Shown here in pieces: positions 60,144-64,000 of a stretch of 64,000 nucleotides of DNA. The translations under genes were made by a program, and so were the position numbers. The first letter of the stretch is position 1, and each line of letters opens with the position of its first letter. The notes beneath the pieces were generated by a model, which saw only the letters and a program-made list of their open reading frames with translations, was not told the DNA's origin and searched no databases. Source of the DNA: Porticoccaceae bacterium (GTDB taxonomy: Bacteria; Pseudomonadota; Gammaproteobacteria; Pseudomonadales; Porticoccaceae); NCBI GenBank assembly GCA_024644585.1, contig JAHEHM010000066.1, forward strand, positions 16,479-80,478. Direction: 5' to 3'.

Positions 60144-60859
60144 GTATTGGGTATCCCAAGGTTGTTATCGCCAGTGAAAATAGCACTATAGTTTATTTTT
60201 CAGAGCGACCCTGCAGCCAAACATCAGACCAAATTGCCTATACGGCCAATGTACTTAAGATCAGATTGGGTGAGGAGTTGATTGATCTAATCCCCTCCTA
60301 TCATTCACTTTTGGTTATCTACGATCCGCTAAAGATTGGCTTTCAGAAAATTGAACAAGAAATTCGCGACACAATTAACGGATGGAAAGCCAACAATCAG
60401 CCTCAACAGAGTCGAACAGTCGAACTTCCGGTTTATTACAGCCCTGAATCAGGTCCTGACTTACAACGAATAGCCGATCATTCTGGCCTGAGCATTGATC
60501 AGGTCATTGAACTTCACCAACAAACTAAATACACAGTCTATGCCATGGGTTTTGCTCCGGGGTTTGCCTACTTAGGAGAGGTAGATGAACGTATTGCTAT
60601 GCCGAGACTGGCTACCCCGCGACATAATGTGCCTCAGGGCGCTGTCGCTATTGCTGATCGCCAAACAGCTATTTATCCCTCTCAGTCACCAGGCGGTTGG
60701 AATATAGTAGGTCTTTGCCCAATACGCTTATTTAATGCCGAAAAACAGCCCCATACTCCAATGCAAGTGGGGGATAAAATACGCTTCATAAGTATTGATC
60801 GCGATGAATTTATTCAGCTGGGTGGATCTGATAAAAAGCTAACCGGTGCAATCACATGA
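60140..60859 (+). CDS. pxpB: 5-oxoprolinase subunit B (KipI / allophanate hydrolase subunit 1 family)
   Basis: GFAPGFAYLG and the IYP..SPGGW motif. 4-nt overlaps with both neighbours. Confidence 0.85.
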   Translation: MSIGYPKVVIASENSTIVYFSERPCSQTSDQIAYTANVLKIRLGEELIDLIPSYHSLLVIYDPLKIGFQKIEQEIRDTINGWKANNQPQQSRTVELPVYYSPESGPDLQRIADHSGLSIDQVIELHQQTKYTVYAMGFAPGFAYLGEVDERIAMPRLATPRHNVPQGAVAIADRQTAIYPSQSPGGWNIVGLCPIRLFNAEKQPHTPMQVGDKIRFISIDRDEFIQLGGSDKKLTGAIT

Positions 60860-61773
60860 CGGGCTTTAAAGTGATTAATCCGGGGATGCACAGCCTGCTT
60901 CAAGATAAGGGCCGAATGGGCTTCCACAGCCTTGGTGTCACCTCAGGCGGCGCCTTCGATCAGTACTCCTTTGGCTGGGCAAACCGACTATGCCTTAATC
61001 CTGAGAATGCAGGCTGTATTGAAATATTAGTCGGTGGTCTTATTTTAGAAGCACAGCTGTCCACCCAAATTGCCATCACTGGTGCTGATATGCCGATCAA
61101 AATCAATGATTCGATCGTTGAGAATTGGTGCACCCATAATATTCAAGCGGGCGATAAAATCGCCTTTGGTTATGCCACCGCAGGCTGTCGAGCCTACCTA
61201 GCGGTCGCTGGTGGTATTCAGGCACCGGTAATATTCAATAGCCTCTCAACGGTAGTCAGGGAGAGTCTTGGTGGTTTAACTAAACTGGGTAAGCCCCTTG
61301 AAAAAGGTGATATTGTTGCCTGCTCATCGAGCTCACACAGTACAGAGCGTTCAGTTCCCGCGAAATATCACTGTGAGTTTGATACTGATATCGCTGAAAT
61401 TCGTATGGTTACTGGCTATCAATACGAGCAGTTTAGCCAACAGCAAATAAGCCAATTCTTTGCTACGGACTATGTTATCTCGCCAAATAGTGATCGCATG
61501 GGTTATCGTCTTCAAGGGCCCGCAATTGATATAACTGGCTGCGAGATGCTATCCGAGGGTATTAGTCTTGGTGCGGTGCAACTTCCCGCTGATGGTATGC
61601 CGATCATTCTGTTGTGCGACCGTCAGACCATTGGTGGCTACCCAAAGCTTGGCTCAGTATTTTCACAGGATATTGCTAAACTGGCGCAGATGATGCCGGG
61701 TAAGAAATTACGCTTTAAGCCGTTCAGTATCGAGCAGGCTCAACAGCTATTACAAGAAAGTGCACCTAAGTAG
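60856..61773 (+). CDS. pxpC: 5-oxoprolinase subunit C (KipA / allophanate hydrolase subunit 2 family)
   Basis: LQD.GR.G....GV..GGA.D and TIGGYPK motifs. Confidence 0.85.
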   Translation: MTGFKVINPGMHSLLQDKGRMGFHSLGVTSGGAFDQYSFGWANRLCLNPENAGCIEILVGGLILEAQLSTQIAITGADMPIKINDSIVENWCTHNIQAGDKIAFGYATAGCRAYLAVAGGIQAPVIFNSLSTVVRESLGGLTKLGKPLEKGDIVACSSSSHSTERSVPAKYHCEFDTDIAEIRMVTGYQYEQFSQQQISQFFATDYVISPNSDRMGYRLQGPAIDITGCEMLSEGISLGAVQLPADGMPIILLCDRQTIGGYPKLGSVFSQDIAKLAQMMPGKKLRFKPFSIEQAQQLLQESAPK

Positions 61774-61838
61774 TGATTTAGCTTTGCTTAAGGGGCAACT
61801 CACTGATAACATTTTAGCTATACATTAAGAGTAGATGA

Positions 61839-62696
61839 ATGAATATTGCATACCTCAATGGCAAATACTTGCCAATTGAACAGGCTAAAATTTCACCCTT
61901 GGATCGGGGGTTTTTATTTGGCGACGGCGTGTATGAGGTAGTTCCCTCTTACAGCGGTAAGCTTGTAGGCTTTAAACCCCATCTGCAACGAATGAACGAA
62001 GGTCTTGAAGCCATTGGTATTAAAACCGGCTGGTCTGAAAAACAGTGGCTCGACCTCTGTTTAAAGCTCATTCAAGACAATGGTGCAGGCAATTTAGGTA
62101 TCTATATTCAAATTAGTCGCGGCACCTATGAATCTAGAGCTCATCGCTTTCCTGAAGTGGTAACACCGACCATTTTTGCTTTCTGCTTTGAAATTGCTTC
62201 ACCCCCTGTTGCTGATAAGTCGCGAGTAAAAACCTATACGGTTTCAACCGCCCGCGACATCCGTTGGGATCGAAGAGATATCAAATCAACCTCGTTATTA
62301 GGTAATGTCTTGCATTACCAACAGGGCGTTGAGCAGGGCAACCAAGAAACCTTGCTTTACAACGACCGCAATGAGCTTACTGAGGCAAGCTCATGTAATG
62401 CCTTTATCGTTAAAAATGGCACTGTGATTACCCCGCCCTTAGATCATCAAAAACTGCCGGGTATTACGCGCCAAATATTACTGGATATATTGCTAAACGA
62501 TGGTCAGATTCCGGTTGAGGAACGCGCTGTTAGCATGCAAGAAGTTGCTGAAGCCGATGAGGTTTGGATTACCAGCTCATCCCGCGAGATAGCGCCTGTA
62601 GTCGCCATTGATTCGGTGCCGGTTGGCAATGGTCAGGTTGGCGATGTATGGCTAGCCGCGCAAACGCTTTTCTGCGCCAACCGTTTTAACTACTAA
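61839..62696 (+). CDS. dat: Class IV (D-amino-acid / branched-chain) aminotransferase, probably D-alanine aminotransferase
   Basis: PLDRGFLFGDGVYEV and GITR motifs; 285 aa. Confidence 0.65.
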   Translation: MNIAYLNGKYLPIEQAKISPLDRGFLFGDGVYEVVPSYSGKLVGFKPHLQRMNEGLEAIGIKTGWSEKQWLDLCLKLIQDNGAGNLGIYIQISRGTYESRAHRFPEVVTPTIFAFCFEIASPPVADKSRVKTYTVSTARDIRWDRRDIKSTSLLGNVLHYQQGVEQGNQETLLYNDRNELTEASSCNAFIVKNGTVITPPLDHQKLPGITRQILLDILLNDGQIPVEERAVSMQEVAEADEVWITSSSREIAPVVAIDSVPVGNGQVGDVWLAAQTLFCANRFNY

Positions 62697-62708
62697 GGGT
62701 CATCTACC

Positions 62709-63809
62709 ATGTCTAGACCCACCTCAGCTATTATCGACCTCAGGGCACTGCGCGAGAATTTTATTCTCGCTCAAAAACTAGCGCCCAACGCTAAAAGCAT
62801 GCCAATGGTTAAAGCCAATGCCTATGGGCATGGCATGATTGAGGTAGCCCATGCGCTAGCTGACTGCGCACCTGCCTTTGGTGTCGCCTGTATTGAAGAA
62901 GCACTTGCATTGCGTAAGGCCAATATTACACAGCCCATTCTGTTATTAGAGGGCCCCCATAGTGCGGATGAAGTGGGTATAGCTGAACAGCATGGGTTTT
63001 GGCTAATGCTTGAAAACCACAACCAGCTTCAGGCTGTTTTAAGTGCTCAGTTAAGCACTGCTATCACTGTCTGGATTAAACTGGATACCGGCATGCATCG
63101 CCTTGGCTTTCAGCCTGAGGATGCGACCTATATTTATCAGCAATTATCCAGCAGCCCAAATGTCGCAGAGGATATTGTTTTAGCCACTCACTTTGCCTGT
63201 GCGGATGACCTTAAGAGTAATTTCACTGATAAACAATTACGCTGTTTTAAATCTGCAGTCGATAACCTCGATGGTTCAGAGCATAGCATCAGTCTTGCAA
63301 ACTCAGCCGCCATATTGGGTTGGCCAAGTATTCAAGATGATTGGCAGCGCCCCGGGTATATGCTTTACGGTGCTTCGCCCTTCTCTGAGCCTCACGAAAA
63401 TGCTGAGCAGTTACAACAGGTAATGCATTTCCAATCAGCGATTATTTCAACGCGATCCATCAAGACCGGTGAATCAGTGGGTTATACCGCTAACTGGACA
63501 GCACAACGTCATTCGACCATTGCTACGGTTGCCGTGGGCTATGGTGATGGCTATCCTCGCCATGCCCCCAATGGCACACCGGTACTAATCAATGGTGTTA
63601 AATGCCCGTTGGTGGGTAGAGTGTCAATGGATATGATTACAGTGGATATTACTGATCTAAATAGCGATATTGAAATTGGCACGGATGTTACTTTGTGGGG
63701 GCCGGGACTATCGGTGACTGAAGTGGCTGTTCACTGCGGTACTATTGGCTATGAACTACTCACTCGAATGCCTGCCAGAGTACCTAGAATCTATATCAAT
63801 GCCAAATAG
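62709..63809 (+). CDS. alr: Alanine racemase
   Basis: PLP-lysine motif VKANAYGHG; 366 aa. Confidence 0.9.
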   Translation: MSRPTSAIIDLRALRENFILAQKLAPNAKSMPMVKANAYGHGMIEVAHALADCAPAFGVACIEEALALRKANITQPILLLEGPHSADEVGIAEQHGFWLMLENHNQLQAVLSAQLSTAITVWIKLDTGMHRLGFQPEDATYIYQQLSSSPNVAEDIVLATHFACADDLKSNFTDKQLRCFKSAVDNLDGSEHSISLANSAAILGWPSIQDDWQRPGYMLYGASPFSEPHENAEQLQQVMHFQSAIISTRSIKTGESVGYTANWTAQRHSTIATVAVGYGDGYPRHAPNGTPVLINGVKCPLVGRVSMDMITVDITDLNSDIEIGTDVTLWGPGLSVTEVAVHCGTIGYELLTRMPARVPRIYINAK

Positions 63810-64000
63810 CTAATCAAAGTTCCATTCTTTTTTACTGGCAAACTGATCTGAGTTATCTGTTACCCGAAGAAAACGCGGTGTGAATCTATATTTTCCACTT
63901 TTCTCAAAGGCTTTAGCTATGTTTTGCTCTTTTTCCGATGCTGGCGATTGAATCATATTGGCCACCTCGGGAAAGCGCGCAAAATACGTGGTTCGCCAGA
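63810..64000 (-). CDS. C-terminal end of an unidentified protein (partial; continues past the window end)
   Basis: My own translation is open from the window edge to the TAG at 63812-63810: ...FARFPEVANMIQSPASEKEQNIAKAFEKSGKYRFTPRFLRVTDNSDQFASKKEWNFD*. No family recognised. Confidence 0.35.
   Translation of the reverse strand, partial: WRTTYFARFPEVANMIQSPASEKEQNIAKAFEKSGKYRFTPRFLRVTDNSDQFASKKEWNFD

Overview
Gammaproteobacterial chromosomal segment. The backbone synteny is Pseudomonas-like: uvrC-pgsA-tRNA(Cys)-tRNA(Leu), and aspS-yebC-ruvCAB-ybgC-tolQRAB-pal-cpoB-queEC. Most of the window is ordinary housekeeping: dusA, tal, aroC, prmB, folE, gpsA, htpG, a SulP permease, rhlE, sat, gltX, purU, proS, pxpABC, dat, alr and four tRNAs. 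Three regions stand out. (1) Positions 1-7881 hold an LssB-type type I secretion pair (partial ABC transporter plus a TolC-like protein). Next to it is a 1,659-aa secreted protein with no recognisable catalytic domain. It is built from duplicated carbohydrate-binding-like modules and thrombospondin-type-3 calcium repeats, and ends in a cohesin-like and a dockerin-like module. It contains a perfect 484-bp tandem duplication. (2) Positions ~14.6-25.8 kb are an AT-rich ~11.2-kb insertion into the 5' end of dusA. A 17-codon dusA 5' relic (MPINRKFCVAPMMD...) lies at the left end and an intact dusA at the right end, which is the signature of dusA-targeting islands. No recombinase gene is present. 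A 28-bp repeat occurs three times, at both borders and at an internal module junction. (3) Inside that island is a tightly packed five-gene minus-strand operon: MmeI-family N6-adenine methyltransferase/TRD, SF2 DExH helicase, T5orf172/GIY-YIG-like protein, NucS/DUF91-like PD-(D/E)xK nuclease, and a DUF3293-containing protein. I cannot assign it to any named defence or R-M architecture, and it is the best candidate for an undescribed system. All calls come from reading the ORF translations and the DNA by eye. No database search was run.
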